Origin: Antedon mediterranea
Lineage: Eukaryota > Animalia > Echinodermata
NCBI RefSeq assembly: GCF_964355755.1
Contig: NC_092671.1
Location: 39,442,304 to 39,506,303, forward strand
Length of the DNA: 64,000 nucleotides
Reading direction: 5' to 3'
The position numbers were made by a program, and so were the translations under genes. Under the pieces are notes generated by a model. The model searched no databases. It was not told the origin of the DNA and saw only the letters and a list, made by a program, of their open reading frames with translations. Position 1 is the first letter of the stretch. Every line of letters begins with the position of its first letter. Positions 1-14,868 of the stretch are shown here, piece by piece.

Positions 1-685
1 TCCGTGAAAATCAAGGGATGTATACACGAGGCATACTCATTCAGTATCCATAACCTAGGTGTTATTTTTAGACATAAGTTAATCCTCATAATTATCTGAT
101 TCCTGAATACTTGCAATAATTGCGTCACTAGAGTTGTACTTCAGTAGTGTAGACATTGCAGGTGTAGACAAAGAACAACAGGCTTTAACAAGTTACACTT
201 TTGTTTATATTTTTTTTTATTTAGCAAATGTTGTGTTGTTGCAGTATGCAAGTGAAACATCAAATAATTTATGAAATTAATGTTCTTCTTCTATTTTGTT
301 ACTGAACCTAAACAATAAAATACATTTCTTTTTCATCAACATATGAATAAATGTTAGTAAGGTATATTGTTCGAAATTTCTTCAAGTTAAAGAACCTTGA
401 TGATCACAAAACTACATTTTTTCTGGGTCAATTTAAATGAATTTTAACTTTTTTTATTTTCCAACCTCAACTTTTCTACATTTCTTGGCACTACAGTACT
501 TCTGCAAACTGCTCGTCGTTATCACGTGACTCTATAACGAACGTTTCCGTGCGTTGTTTTAGAACCTGACATTGCTGGTTTGGCCAGGATACATCTTAGA
601 CTGTTGTAACATCTCTGCAGGCAGAGTAATATTTTTCTTCCATATTTTTTTAAACTTTACATTGCTTCGTTTTTGGACTTACAAG

Positions 686-3600
686 ATGCCAACAACAAGA
701 TCGGAGGATGAGCTCAATTTGGTAATTCTTTTTTTGTTATTTAATTTCAGATCAGAAAATGTGCAATAAGTCCATAAAAGAACAACACTTATAAGTTACG
801 GCAGAAATACGGTATGTTTTTGATGTAAACTGCATGAATTCATTGCTCGTACCGTACGTTATCTCTGTAATGTTTTTCCGTCAGTATTTGGTCAGATATT
901 TTGCTCCAGAAGCAAAACTCCACAGTAGTTAAACATTCAATTATCATAAGCTATACTTTTGTCAATAGGAGGCCTATATTGGTTTAATCGAAAAAGTTAT
1001 AGATGCAAAGTTAAATGTAAATGAAAATTGTCTATAATTAGGCCTAGTGATATGTAATGCCAAAATGTGTCTGACAAAATGACACGTGGATTCGTATTTA
1101 CCCACGGTAATGATGCTTATTTTACTTTTTATTCAAAAATTTTGTACAGCTAATGTGGTGAAAACCTTTTCATCTGGTTTCGATTTAGCTAATGTTAATC
1201 TATAAAATCTCTAATATTTTGCAGAATGTCTTTCGCAATCTGCCGTACGTTACTTATTAACAAGATATTAAGAACTATTTTTGATTTTGATATCTGTTAA
1301 ATAAAATGCATAAAATGAAAGCAGTGGCTGAATGTATAGTTTAGGCCAAAGATAGTTCTTATTGATATCATCCATTTTAATTGTATTTCCTGCTAGCGGT
1401 TACGAAAAAGGTGATAGGGCTAATTTGCTTAATTGATTGTAGTGTTTGCCAAGTATATTCAACCATTGCTGCTGCAGAGGATAAGTTGCATTTCCGTTAA
1501 TCAGAAAAAAAAACGGTTTCTTTCAATTAACAATAAATAATTGTATTTCCGTAATATTACTACAAGACAAAAGAAACGTAATAACAATAAGTTTTATTTT
1601 GATTGGCAAAACTTGTAGTTATGTTTTATTTTACATGGAGTTATTTGATTTCATCCCATGCCGTTTTTGTTCAATTTTAATATTGGCGAATTGAACATCG
1701 TGAAAACACTTGCATGCCCATGTAGACAATTTATTAACAGTAGGCCTAATATTATTGTCCTTCGTTCAGTATCTTAATTAGTTATCCGCACCATGCCGGA
1801 TAACTCCTTGAAATCGTTATGGTACTATTTTCTTTGAAAAGCTGGCTATTGTCAAGGTTTTACTCATTATTAAGGGGACGTCCTTAAGAAATAAGAAATA
1901 TAAACAAATGTATTTATGTCTTTCCTCTGTGCTGAGACAAACGGAACAATTATTCCAAACCATTAGTCACATTACGCTTGGGCTTTATTTTAGATCAATT
2001 ACAGCCAATACATTTATAAACCTAAATATTGAAACAAGCAACACTTTAAAGATAACTCAAGAAAGAGTGATGAATCATGATGCAAAAACCTGCAATTATT
2101 TACATAAAACGAAGAAAAAAATGTTAAACCTATCTATTTTCAATCTTTCGCAGGTCATAAATGGAACGAAAGTTCCTATGCGAAATGGTCACTCGAGGCA
2201 TGTTGTGGTCCCGATGGAAAACCTGAATGGTGGTGAAAAAATACAGGATGGAGTAAAAGAGAAAGAACATCTAACCACAGTGGAGGAAGAAGTCATTGAC
2301 CCCTGGACAGTTGCAGATATTGAAAATACAACCACGCCATGGTCAGGTATAAAATGAATGCTAAAGATCTTTAACCTATCTATGAAACCAAAATAGGTCG
2401 TAATAAGTTCTCAATACGGTAATTTCAATTTCCGATATCAGGTTAATTCTCGCTGCTCCACACTGTTTAATATTGTCACACGATTTTTTGCACATAACAA
2501 GATTTAAAAATAGAGTTGAATTTGAAATATAACAATCTCTCATATTGAAATTATTTAAGAAATTGTTGAATAATGCCATGTGTTAGAGATAAGCCTTTGG
2601 CATACAAACATACATTATTGATTTGTAGGCATACCACGTGACTTTGAGTCGGAGTTTTTTATTCATGTACACAGATGTATCATTTCAACTAGTTGCTGAT
2701 AATATAAGTAATAAGTTGCCAATTTATAATGGGGTGTTTTCTCTTAGTCGTTTCCCCACAATCCCTTGTGAATCAGTGAAAATCTGATTAGAGGGGGAAA
2801 TAGTGTTTATCGTTATATTCAGTAAACATGGGAACTAATATTGATTTCAAATATGAATGTTACGACTATAATATTTCTAGCTTGTAAAGCTAAACTAGTT
2901 TGACAAGACAAGTGTGATGTTGTCAAATATGGCAGTGATATGCCCAAATGTGTTAGATATGACATCGTGTCCATATATGAGCACATTTTTTTTGTCACAT
3001 AAAGTTTGATAGTGTAGACAGAGTTTAATGGAGCACATTTGAGACAATAAATTTAGAAAAAGAGTTAAATATTTCTTTTTCTTCAGAGTTGGATAGAAAA
3101 GGCAAAGCGCTACGAGTGACACTGTGGTTCCTTAAGCCGATCTTGATCATCACCCTGCTTTACTTCTTTATCTGTTCCCTGGATCTTATGAGCTCTGCGT
3201 TCAGACTGCTTGGAGGCAAGGCTGCTGGTGAAGCCTTGTCTCACAACGAGCTTCTGAATAACCCTGTATGTGGACTCATGTTAGGTATTCTGGTGACTGT
3301 ACTGGTACAGAGCTCATCAACATCTACGTCTATTACCGTGTCTATGGTTGCTGCTGGATGTAAGTACTATACGATAACACAAAATAAACATTCTGGCTCA
3401 ATCTCCACTCCTTCACGTCATTGTTCAATCTTAACACTCTCAACACTTTGAAAATTTCAACATTTCAACATATTTTATTATTTCTCTTCAACATTGTCTC
3501 TTCAAGTTAACACTACACCACACTGAGCACACTGAAAAGAATAAACGTGGTATAAGCCTACTCTAGTAAACTATAGTTTGCAAAATTGAGCAAAAGTTTG

Positions 3601-6366
3601 CTAGATAAACTTCCACAAACTGTAGAAAACTAGTTTTCAAAAGTAAGGCCAATTGCTTCTGCAAAAATGACAGCCTTTAGCAATAGAGAATTTTAGTTTT
3701 AACGATCGTCTTCAAACAGTCGTAAACTTTGAAGGTTTGGTAACGTTTGCTAGTGTAGATTATGATAAAACGACCGTAGATTTTGTTAAAGAATGTAATA
3801 ACACAAATTCTGTTTACATATTGTTTTCCGTTCAGTGTTACAGGTGCAGCCAGCAATCTTCATTATTATGGGTGCTAATATTGGAACGTCAGTGACCAAT
3901 ACCATCGTATCACTCGCACAATCGGGCGACCGAAATCAGTTCCGACGTGCCTTCGGCGGGGCCACCGTGCACGATATGTTCAACTGGCTGGCTGTAGGGA
4001 TCTTACTTCCCCTGGAAGTCATCACTGGATACCTATATAGATTAACTAGTATTATTGTCAAGTCCTTCAATATACACTCCAACGAAAATGCTAAAATCGA
4101 ACTGTTGAAAGTTCTTACAAAACCATTTGCAAAAAAGATAGTACAGGTTTATATTTTCATTTTCTTCTTCATTTTCAAATGATAAAATATCAGATAATGA
4201 CGACGAAATGTATGGTAATGCTGTGATAAAAATGATCAAATGAGTCAATAATAATAGCTGATGATATTGATGAAGATATTGATCATGATAGTGATAATAC
4301 AAATTATGAAGATTCTTTAAAAATTACGTTTTACACAAACTATAGTAATGATGATGATATAAAATACTGGTGTAATACTACGCCGTATACTGAATGTCTC
4401 TAGAAGCAGTAGTGCCAGTATGATGTTTATTGAACATGGTGTCCCTTCTTTAATGAGTAATGCGAAAATCTATCCATGGTTTTATGCAACGTATGTTGAA
4501 TAGTTGTAATATTCTTGTTGCTTGTGTTTCCAAACATATATGCTTCATAACTAAAATATGTATTGTAGATAGAGAAGTATCCTATATATTTAAGCTTAGA
4601 GTTTGCGAATTTTCTTTTTTCTTTTTCTGTTTGTACGTTTGTTGGATAGGGATGAAATTTCCGAAATAAAAGAAACTGGAATTGAATACATTCAGTTAAA
4701 CATAACTCTCTATTGGCAGGTTGATACCAAAGTCATCAGTAAAATCTCTACCGGTGAGGTGCAGGCTGATAACTCATCTCTCCTGAAAATCTGGTGCAAG
4801 AAAGAAGAGGTTGCTGTACTAAAAAACGTTACCAAATTGGCGACTGTTACGGAGAACAACTATAACTATTTTGGACAGCTGGTGAACTCGACCTACCAAG
4901 TGAACATAACACGGTCTGAAACAACGTTTGAGAAAGTTGGAGTTGAAAAATGTAAGTTGTCATCGACAGTTAACAGCTATATAAATATTTCTATTTTATT
5001 AGATAGTACTTTTCTGCCAACAACTTGACTTGAAAGTTGAGAATATTTGCAAAAAAATGTTGTTTTCGGGTGGGAAGCGAAGTTGTTATTTATTCGTTAT
5101 ACTGGGTAGCCCCTCTTCAGTTTTCCAGAGGGCCCAGTTTCTCGAAAGATGCACTGGTTTTTTTTAAGTGCACATGAGCTAGATGTGTACACTGGACTTT
5201 ATGGTTTATAGTCCTTATCCGAGAAGACTCGTTCTAACACCAGAACCATGGAGCGAGTGAGTCTCGATAACTTGCCGATGTTATGGTTACGCCGTATTGC
5301 GGTTCCACTTAACTGTCTTAACCGCTCGGCCACTCACTTGCAAATTCTTCTTGCGCTGCTTGCATGTGACTGATCTGTTTTACTCTATTTTATTCTAGGT
5401 AAATACTTGTTCGCTGACACTGGCCTATCAGAAACAGCTATCGGTGCAATTCTTCTCTGTGTTTCGTTGTTAATGCTTTGCATTTGCCTGGTGATCCTCG
5501 TCAAAACCTTAAATTCTGTACTACAAGGCAAAATGGCGTCTGTAATCAAAAACACCTTGAATGCAGATTTTCCAGGACGACTGTCTTTTCTAACGGGCTA
5601 CTTCACAATTTTGGTTGGTGCTGGTATGACGTTCATTGTCCAAAGCAGTTCTGTGTTTACATCCGCCATGACACCACTGGTTGGTATGGGAGTGATAACA
5701 CTGGAGAGGATGTATCCATTGACCTTAGGGTCAAACATTGGTACCACGGCAACCGGTTTACTTGCCGCGTTAGCCAGTACAGGCGGCAATTTCAGTAACT
5801 CGTTACAGATCGCACTCTGTCATTTACTGTTTAACATTTCTGCAATATTGCTCTGGTATCCAATACCGATCATGCGCAGACTGCCGATTTACATGGCAAA
5901 GTGTTTAGGAAACACAACGGCGGATTACCGCTGGTTCGCCATTTTTTATCTCATATTAATGTTCTTCATTTTGCCTGGTTTTGTGTTCCTGTTGTCGCTG
6001 GCGGGAACCGGTGCATTCATCGGAATCGGATTACCGCTGTTAATTTTCGCTGCCGTTATCGTCATCATCAACATCATGCAGGATAAGTGTCCACGGTTTT
6101 TACCAGAAAAGTTACGAGATTGGGAGTTCCTGCCGTTGTTTATGCGTTCATTGGATCCGTTAGATTCGATCCTATCACGCCTATTTGCAATGTGCCATTT
6201 CTGCCGATGTGTGACGGGTGATTATGTTTCTAAGATCGCCAACCCTCCTGTGTCTTACAGGCATTCTATGATTCGTGCTAGCTACCATCGCGCCTCCAAT
6301 AAAGCATACCTGACGCTTCCCAACCAGAAAGCATCCAAACAGGCGAAACGAACGCGTACTATGTAA
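686..6366 (+). CDS. SLC34A: SLC34/NaPi-II sodium-dependent phosphate cotransporter, paralogue 1 (6 coding exons, ~670 aa)
   Basis: Exons 686-721 (tentative first), 2154-2346, 3087-3359, 3836-4146, 4720-4951 and 5399-6366 join in frame via GT-AG introns. Family motifs: [67 protein letters not shown]. Confidence 0.93.
2887..3025. mobile_element. MITE family A copy (left TIR partly deleted)
   Basis: Shares the core aaactagtttgacaa...gcccaaat...gtccatatat...gtcacataaagtttgatagtgtagacagag with >10 other copies in the window. Confidence 0.75.
4458..4690 (+). repeat. Interspersed repeat, probable LINE 3'-end fragment
   Basis: A similar copy lies in the opposite orientation at ~36895-37075. Ends in ...ccgaaataaaagaaa. 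Confidence 0.6.
5085..5337 (-). mobile_element. tRNA-derived SINE with a stem-loop 3' tail
   Basis: Minus strand starts gtgagTGGCCGAGCGGttaag (Pol III A-box/tRNA D-arm-like). It ends with the hairpin actgggccctctg...gaggggctacccagt plus aataaataa, resembling L2-type tails. Confidence 0.6.
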
Positions 6367-8993
6367 TTGATGACGTTGTCAATTCAGATACGAACTTATT
6401 TTAAAAACTAAATTGACTTTTTTCGCTATAAATGAATTGTAAATACCTACAGCTTCATGATAGATACCAATTGTCCAAAGTTGGTTATGTTTATTTCGAG
6501 CGCAGCTGTTTTTGTACAGTAACAATGTTATGACATATCGTAAGTAGTGGGACGTATATTTAGCAATGATGCATTATAATAGTAATACTATAGATGTTTA
6601 GGCCTACAAATTCACCGACAATGGGCCGACAATAGAACAGAACCAGATTTACCTACAAGAAGTAGAAAAACAATTTATTATTTTTGTATGCAATCCAACT
6701 AGCTGTATGTTAACTGGGCTGTAGAGGGCTCCCTCCTCTGATAATCTTGTTCTCTTTATTGTAAAAAGCTATAATATTCAATGCGGTAAAATGGCTATTC
6801 CAATTCCAAATACCTAAAGATAGACCCTTAAAAATCTTATTGAGTTTCTTATGTGCTGAGTACTGAGGGCGACAAACGTTCCTTAAAGTCTATGTAAAAT
6901 GTAGAGGGAGTTGCTTATTAAGAAGAGATAGAACCCGAGGTCGAGTCTCGGTGATTTATTATTAGGCCTACTCGGCGTTTACAGTATTTAATTTCAGTAA
7001 CTTTTGCTGGACAAACCAGATGTTTCTATTTGTTAAAATGTTATAGATAAACAAGAAATATTTCTTACAAAAAACGCTGCTCGCTTATTGAAAAATATTT
7101 TTTATTTCAAATGTTTTTGAATGTGTCATTTTATTGTTTTACCTGAAAAAAATGTAATTTAAAGCAACAAATACTTAAATTGTCTGTCAGACAATGGTTT
7201 TTGGGTTTCTTTTCTTTTTTTATATGTGAATAAATATTATTTTTTTGTTACAGAAGTGAATACTCAATTTCTGTCACTTTAGTTAATTTTATTGCTAAGG
7301 TCAAATCTGGGGGTCACTTCATCACCCTAGATATTTCAATTGTGAAGTATCCTATTACAAACACAAACTTTAATGGACTGTTTCGATAATAATTCAATGA
7401 ATATCTGACAGTGAATATACCAGAAATGCTTAGGGATTTTTAATTTTAGCATGACATGTCCTAATAGACTCTTTCCCAGACGTTTTTTGGGTCTACTGTA
7501 GCAGCTGGAATCAATAAATTATAGTGGAGTTTCCATTTTCACAAAACTGTCTGTCCTTAGAACTATAACTGCTGCTTGCTTTAGCTTCTGATTGAGTAGT
7601 CCTAATGGGACGTAGCGGGCTAGAGCAGCAGCGTGAAAATATTAATAGGTATTTAAACAAAACAAAAAACCGAACCTGTAAATATAACTATGCCGCCTGA
7701 GGAAGAATCAAACAATCCTGTTCAGTTGTGTTGACTTGTAGTCTGAATCATTGTATTATAGCAGCTTATTTTTTATAGAAACTTACCATAGAGATATTAT
7801 AGTGAACTATAATATCTCTATGCTTACGCGTACTTAATTGACTTTTATATTTTTTCGATTTTAAATATTGTTAACCAAAGAATGGTAATAAAAGTAATCA
7901 GATGTAATGTTCAGAGTGTGCTTTGTGGAATTGATCTCTTTAGAAGAGGGTCCAAATCACAGGTATTCATTCGGAGGAAAATCGGCATCAAAATGTGGAC
8001 AAGTGGTTATTTGTTTTCCAGTAGAACCGATTTAACACTTACTTAATTAATAAAGCACTCGCTTCTAAAAAAATTTAGAATTTAAGAAATCGTATAGGCC
8101 GACTATAAATAGAATTTCTCTTTTCTCCACACACAGATTCAGATTCGATTTATTAAGTCATTCAAACATAGTATAATGATTGCAGAAAAACACAAGCAAA
8201 ACCTACACACAATACCTGACAACTTTAGTAGTATAGTTGACAAACCAAATACAATTGAGCCGCATTCAGCACAATGGTCTATCGAATAATAGCGAGACAA
8301 AACACGATTATCACTGGATAAAAAAACAAAGAAAAATACGCGCCTTTTTTAGGCCCGGCCAACTACCGTTCTTGGCGAACATCCGTTACATTTGTTTTGA
8401 TAATATCATTGGTAGAACGCTAACTCAAAAATTCAACATTATATTAATACTTTGAATGTTGGTTATAAATCTATTCTATTTAAAAAAACGTATGCATGTT
8501 ATTGTATCGTTACTGATAAAAGAAACACTCTGAACAATAACATAACATTTCAATTTTCCCGCTTTTTACTACTACACCGCCATCAACGTTGTTTTTATGT
8601 ACGTAGTAAAATGACGATTCATTCATAAAGTCAAGTTTAGTTCAATACAGGGGTAGCTCATCCTATCTAAATACTATAACAATATTAGGATCAAATATTA
8701 ACTATAAATAATTTTTTCTACTTAATATTTTCAATGAATAAATGTTTACTAAATATATTTATATTTGTTTAATATTGGTAATTCTATTTTAATAATTGTA
8801 AAAATGGATTTTTACTGTATATTATAAAGTGGGCGACCCAATAACTATATGTCCACGCGCTCTTCACCTTCGAGCATGTGAACACCATTTTAACCAACCG
8901 CCGCTGCTGATTGGTCAATTTACTTGGGTATGGCATGTGGATTTTTAAGACATACCGGTAACCGGCTCAGTTGATGGCTGACTTTTGTTCAAG

Positions 8994-11900
8994 ATGGTTT
9001 TCGCTGAAGAGACAAACCCAAGTAAAATTTCAAACTCAGCATGTGCTGATAGTTTACTAAGTGAATCTGCAACTAAAGTTGAATTTCCAAAATATGAAGC
9101 TTTGCCGTCGAGTCAAAATGATGTTGATCATGAAAGAGAGCCGATGATGATTGTTGTCGATATCGATCCAGATTCTCATCCAAAAGCACAAGAAGGCGCA
9201 CATTTCATCCCAACTTACGATATGGTAAGTCAAAACATTATTTATGCCTACATATACGATAAATCAATACATGTTAGGCCTAGGATTTAAAAGTCAATTT
9301 TATGGTTATTTAATTTATTTGTCATTAAAATAAATCGATAAACCGGTGTTATTTTACATTGTCTTTGTGCCACCATCATGGATGGCCACGTTGTGGATTT
9401 CATTATAAAATTTATAATGAGCCGAGTGATTTTTTAATTCAGTGTATAGCTAGGCATAGGCCTAATAATATATAGGCCTACAGGACCTTGATTGAATTAA
9501 TTTATGAATGTTTATTTCCAGTTAATATTGTTCGTATGTATATATATATTTATCTGTCAACGATTTTAACTTTTATATGAATTTTATATAATCATTGTAA
9601 ATTTTTAAGCCTTTAATATATTTTATGTCATTTGAATATTTAATATTTAATTTTTATGTGTTGTTCAAGTTGTACTGTATGTTTGTTTTATCGAGGCCCC
9701 TGAATGATCAGTTCTATTACTATTAGGAACTGGATAGGCTACCCTCAGTAAATATGGTAATAAATAAATAAATGTTAGTTGGCATTGTAAGTAATTAAAC
9801 CATTTTTTTTGTTTACTCCAAATAATTACATAATTGTACAAATAGGCCTTTAACCCATTGACCCCTAAGTTTATTTTGCTCCCCTGGGACCCAAAAAGCA
9901 TATGTCATATAATTAACCCTAACTTTTTTTCTAAACACAGACATTAAAAAAATTAAAAAACAAAAATAATGCAAAGGACATTTTATTTCCAAATATGTTA
10001 TCAAATTTGTGTTACAACTTATTTTGGCGGAGTATGGATTATGCAAATTTTAGAAATATTTTAGGAAAATTATTAAAAATTTGTAATTTATCTTTGACTA
10101 CCAAATGCACAAAAATTAATAAATATTTCATAATAAAACTCATCTCTTCATCAGAACCTATTTCTTCTCTTCAAAATAAGACCAAACTTGACCATTATGA
10201 ATGACCGGTTTCGAAATTATGAAGAAATTAGTAGACTGACTCATCCGACGATGACCATATGGGGCCTAGGCCTATCGGGAGCCGCCCCGAGAGCGTCCTC
10301 GCCGCTGTTTGTTCACCGGGAATGTTAAAAAAAACATCCCGAAAGCAACTTGGAATTCGCGATTCCCACGCGCACCGGCATCCCTCGGGAGCTTAGTCCG
10401 CTGTTTTAGACGTGTAGCTTGCAGAAAATTTGACGAAAATGCGTCGAAAACTTATGAAATTAAAACAAGTTTGGTATCAAAATGTTTGTCAAAAGTTATG
10501 CTTCAATAAACTGACCTTTGCGCAGAGTTTGAACAAATATTTCATGCCCATAATGCATCTGACATGTCAGGGTTCATATTACAATCAAAGGTAAACAATA
10601 TGGCGCGGCCCTTGTGAGGACATCTTCACGACTTTTCTCCGGTAGAAAAATCACATTTTTACATGGAAATATGACGATTTAGACACTGTAACTGATACAT
10701 AATCTTTATTTATTATACATTTATTGTATACAAGCTTCAAAATAGTGATTATTAGAAATAAAGATGGATTTTAGACGATTTTACCTTGTATGTCTAGGCC
10801 TAGATTCATTCAACGCGCCTGTCGCGTTTCGAACAGCGTGCTTCGAAAAACGGTTATATTTTCGAATTTTATTTTCAAACTAACTTCAACAATTGTTTTT
10901 ATATATTTAGAAGCATATTTTTTAAAAAAAAGTTGTGAGTATTTTGTATAATTTGTTGTTACGATTCATGCACAGCAAACTGCGCATGTAAATTCGATTT
11001 ACTTTTTTTTTGTTGAAAATTTGTTTACAATGACCTTGACTTTTAACCTTTTGAGCGCTTTAAGCGCTTATCGTGGTGAATCGGTTAAAGCCTAGCAACT
11101 TCCCCTTTTATAACTTTTTAAATTTCTATTTAGAATTTGAAAAATACAGACGAACACATGCAATTGCCGAGTCCAGAGGAAGAAGATAGCGTAGATCACT
11201 GGAGTCTTGTTGAAATTGAAGATACAGCGACCCCATGGGATGGTATGTAGACATTTATTAATTTATAACCCCTCCTCCCCCATACTCCCTCCTCCTCCTC
11301 CTCCTCCTCCTCCTCCTCCTCCTCCTCCTCCTCCTCCTCCTCCTCCTCCTCCTCCTCCTCCTCCTCCTCCTCCTCCTCCTCCTCCTCGCACACCGTAAAC
11401 ATCATTTGTTGCATTCATTTCTATTTTGGTTTGTTACATTCTTCCAATTTGCTGTATAATCTAGGCCTATATGATAATGATAGATATTGCCATGTTTAAT
11501 TTCCGATTTAATATCGGTGTACACTTTCTTATCTAGTGTAAATTGTTATATTTATAGTTTAAATACATTTCAAGGGCTTGTTCAATAGATTAGTAAAACT
11601 TGTAATCGCTTTACATACAATTACAAGGGATGTAAAAAGTGCTTATGAGACCTGACATCATAATTTGGTATTATTAGGTTAATTTTATTAATTAAACAAC
11701 AACTTTTAAGCTTTGCAAATACTCTACCAATTACAATTTTCTTTTGTCCAATAGAACTCACAAATTGTGGTAAAGTGAAGCGAGTGTCATTGTGGTTCCT
11801 GAAGCCCATATTTGTCGTGTTTTTTCTTTACTTGTTTATCTGTTCCCTTGACCTGATGAGCACCGCATTTCGTCTGCTTGGAGGAAAGTCTGCTGGAGAA

Positions 11901-13946
11901 GCGCTTGCTCAAAACGAGCTGTTGAGCAACCCGATTTGTGGCCTGATGCTTGGAATAATGGTGACGGTGTTGGTACAGAGTTCCAGCACATCAACATCTA
12001 TCATAGTGTCCATGGTAGCAGCTGAATGTAAGTGTTAAATATGATTACATATTTAGTATTATATTATTTATAAATGAATTATTAAATTTTAATTTTAGCA
12101 ATAGGATTTATATTCTTATTTTTTCTACAATTACAGTATTACAAGTACAACCTGCAATATTCATAATTATGGGCGCCAACATTGGAACGTCGGTCACCAA
12201 CACTATCGTTTCTCTGGCTCAATCCGGCGACCGTAATGAATTCCGCAGAGCTTTTGGAGGTGCTACCGTACACGACATGTTCAATTGGCTGGCAGTCATC
12301 ATACTTCTTCCCATTGAAGCTCTAACTGGGTACTTATACCGCCTGACAAGCTTGATAGTAAATAAGTTTAACATTCAGAGCAATGAAGATGCTAACATTG
12401 AGCTACTGAAGGTCTTAACAAAGCCTTTCACCAAAAAGATAATCCAGGTATTTACCAGCTTTCTTCAATTTTTCTTTAATAATCTACTTAATAAAGTCAT
12501 CCCGATACATGGTCCTGCTAGCTTAATTTTACTTTTTAAAGCTTGGTTCCCACTATGACTCATGTAAGTGCAATGCAACTGAATTGAACAGTGACAATCG
12601 ACAGTTTGGATAACCCATCGCTTGTATCAAACTGATACGGTTGGAAGTCTTAAACATGTATAGATCTTTATACTATAATTGTTTTATTTTATTGTAGATT
12701 GACAGCAAAGTTCTGAATAAGATTTCGACTGGCGAGCTGAGTGCGGCCGATACTAACTTGTTGAAGAACTGGTGCGAGAAGACCATGGTGGTGGTAAATT
12801 CTACTTTGAATGGAACGCAGTCAAACGAAACATTGTACAAAGAAGTTGGAACTGAACGATGTAAGTATTTGATACAATTTGTTAATAGGTAACCAATTAA
12901 AATTGCCACATGTCATAGAGTTTAATTTGAACAATCGTGAAGTGATGGATCATCTGCTTATCTGTCCAACTCGTGTGTTGTAGTTATAGTTGTAATAAAT
13001 AGTTCATTGTAAGTTGTCATAATGAATAATAAAACTGTTTATTTTTCTTTTAGGCCATTATCTCTTTTCCAACACAAACCTATCTGAAACTGCTATTGGT
13101 GGGATTCTTCTGTTCGTCTCATTGGTTCTTCTGTGCGGCTGTTTGATCGCTCTCGTAAAAACACTGAACTCGATGTTACAAGGACACGTCGCTCGCGTCA
13201 TCAAGAAAACCCTGAACGCAAATCTACCCGGTAAGCTGTCATGGTTGACTGGTTACTTAGCAATAATCATCGGTGCCGTGATGACGTTCATCGTGCAGAG
13301 CAGTTCAGTATTCACGTCCGCGATGACGCCACTTGTTGGGATGGGGGTGATTAAGCTTGAGAGGATGTACCCTTTGACCCTGGGCTCTAATATTGGCACG
13401 ACTGCAACTGGGATTCTGGCGGCACTTGCCTCGTCCAGTGGCAAGTTTGAAAGCTCTTTACAAATCGCCTTGTGTCATTTATTATTTAACATCTCTGGTA
13501 TTTTAATCTGGTACCCTCTACCTTTCATGCGTAAGATACCAGTTAAGTTAGCCAAGGGCCTAGGTAACACAACAGCTGTATATCGTTGGTTTGCTATAGT
13601 TTATCTCATTTGTATGTTTTTCTTACTGCCTGGATTTGTCTTTGCACTATCGTTAGCAGGTATTGTAGTGTTTGCTATTATAGGAACAATAATAATTACT
13701 TTTATTTTAATCATTTTAATAATTAATATTATGCAGAAGAAATGCAATAATCGGTTACCAAATTGTTTAAAGACGTGGAATTTGTTACCACTGTGCATGC
13801 ATTCATTAGAACCTATTGATAGAGTTATCACTAAATTAATGTCCGTTTTTAGAAACAAGTGTTCTAAAAATTCACAAAAACAAGAGAAGCACCCAAAAAG
13901 TGAATCTACCTATCATTTAACAAATATTACTATAACTAATGTATAA
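8994..13946 (+). CDS. SLC34A: SLC34/NaPi-II cotransporter, paralogue 2 (6 coding exons, ~659 aa)
   Basis: Exons 8994-9224, 11134-11242, 11755-12027, 12137-12447, 12698-12860, 13054-13946. Exon 3 (273 nt) and exon 4 (311 nt) lengths and all intron phases match paralogue 1. Both QSSS motifs are intact. Confidence 0.93.
9854..11084. mobile_element. Non-autonomous TTAA-specific (piggyBac-like) element, ~1.2 kb
   Basis: TTAA at 9850-9853 and 11085-11088. Imperfect terminal inverted repeats cccattgacccctaag / cttatcgtggtgaatcgg with CC...GG ends. No transposase ORF. Confidence 0.55.
11288..11387. repeat. (CCT)n microsatellite, ~33 units
   Basis: Pure cct run in intron 2 of SLC34 paralogue 2; it explains the poly-P and poly-E ORFs. 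Confidence 0.97.
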
Positions 13947-14729
13947 CAACAATATTTATAGATTTTTATAATTTATTTTAGGTTACTTAATTATTAATTT
14001 TCAACAGTATTGTTGCTATGTATTATATATGACCAAGTATAATCCCATGCTAAATTTTAAATTAATCCCACCCTCTAAAGTCTGTTTCATTTTCAAACAA
14101 GATGCTTTATCGGAGTACTGTATAATCAAGCAATAACACAGAATCCCACCCCTTTCTACCAAATTTCTTACCCAGGCTGCCTGGGACTATATTTGGTCAC
14201 GTACTATTGAGGTAGTAAATGTAGGCTTAATTTATATACTGCAGCTCACTGCCAAACAGTTCATACTCATTACCAATAACGGTAACCCTATTTATTTACA
14301 AATTATAGTATATATTTAATTTTCTTCATTTTCGAAGAAATGACATTTTGTATATTTGCTGTTACTGCCTTGCACTTCCTTCCAGTCGTACATAATATTT
14401 GGTACTATAGCGTTATGTATTTATGTTTTACAGAACCAGTAAGAAAATGCAGTACTGTAATATTTAAAGTTTTGAAGTATGTACTATGTACATTGGTTTG
14501 GTTTGACCAGAAAAAAAAAAAACTGTTAGATAATAAAATCTAAAAATTTAATACGTTTGTGCAGTGTCTGTTATTGTTTTACTGACTTGACCGATAGCTT
14601 TTGTTGTTATGGTCCTATAAAGTATATCGGATGATGTTTATTTTTCTTTCACTGGAAATTTTACGTATAATCATCACTATGAAATTGGATTGTGGTATAC
14701 GGTTTCAACGCATTATATGGGATATATTA

Positions 14730-14868
14730 AGCATGGTTCCCACTAGCAACGCAACGCAAGTGAATTGACCAATCACAAGCGATGGCTTATTCGCTTGTGA
14801 TTGCTAACTGTCGCTTGTCATTAGTTAAAACGCTTGCGTTGCGTTTACGTTCTAGTGGGAACCAAGCT
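14730..14868. mobile_element. MITE family B (Harbinger/Tourist-like); partial second copy at ~12539-12640
   Basis: TIR agcatggttcccactag / ctagtgggaaccaagct with inner gcaacgcaag / cttgcgttgc; TWA-type flanks. Confidence 0.7.

Noticed and set aside
5478-6086. Overlapping and antisense ORFs within SLC34 exons (also 13253-13858 and 23151-23402)
   Set aside because: Expected shadows of hydrophobic-codon-rich coding exons; no independent signals.
11196-11414. Poly-Glu and poly-Pro ORFs
   Set aside because: Both are translations of an intronic (CCT)n microsatellite.
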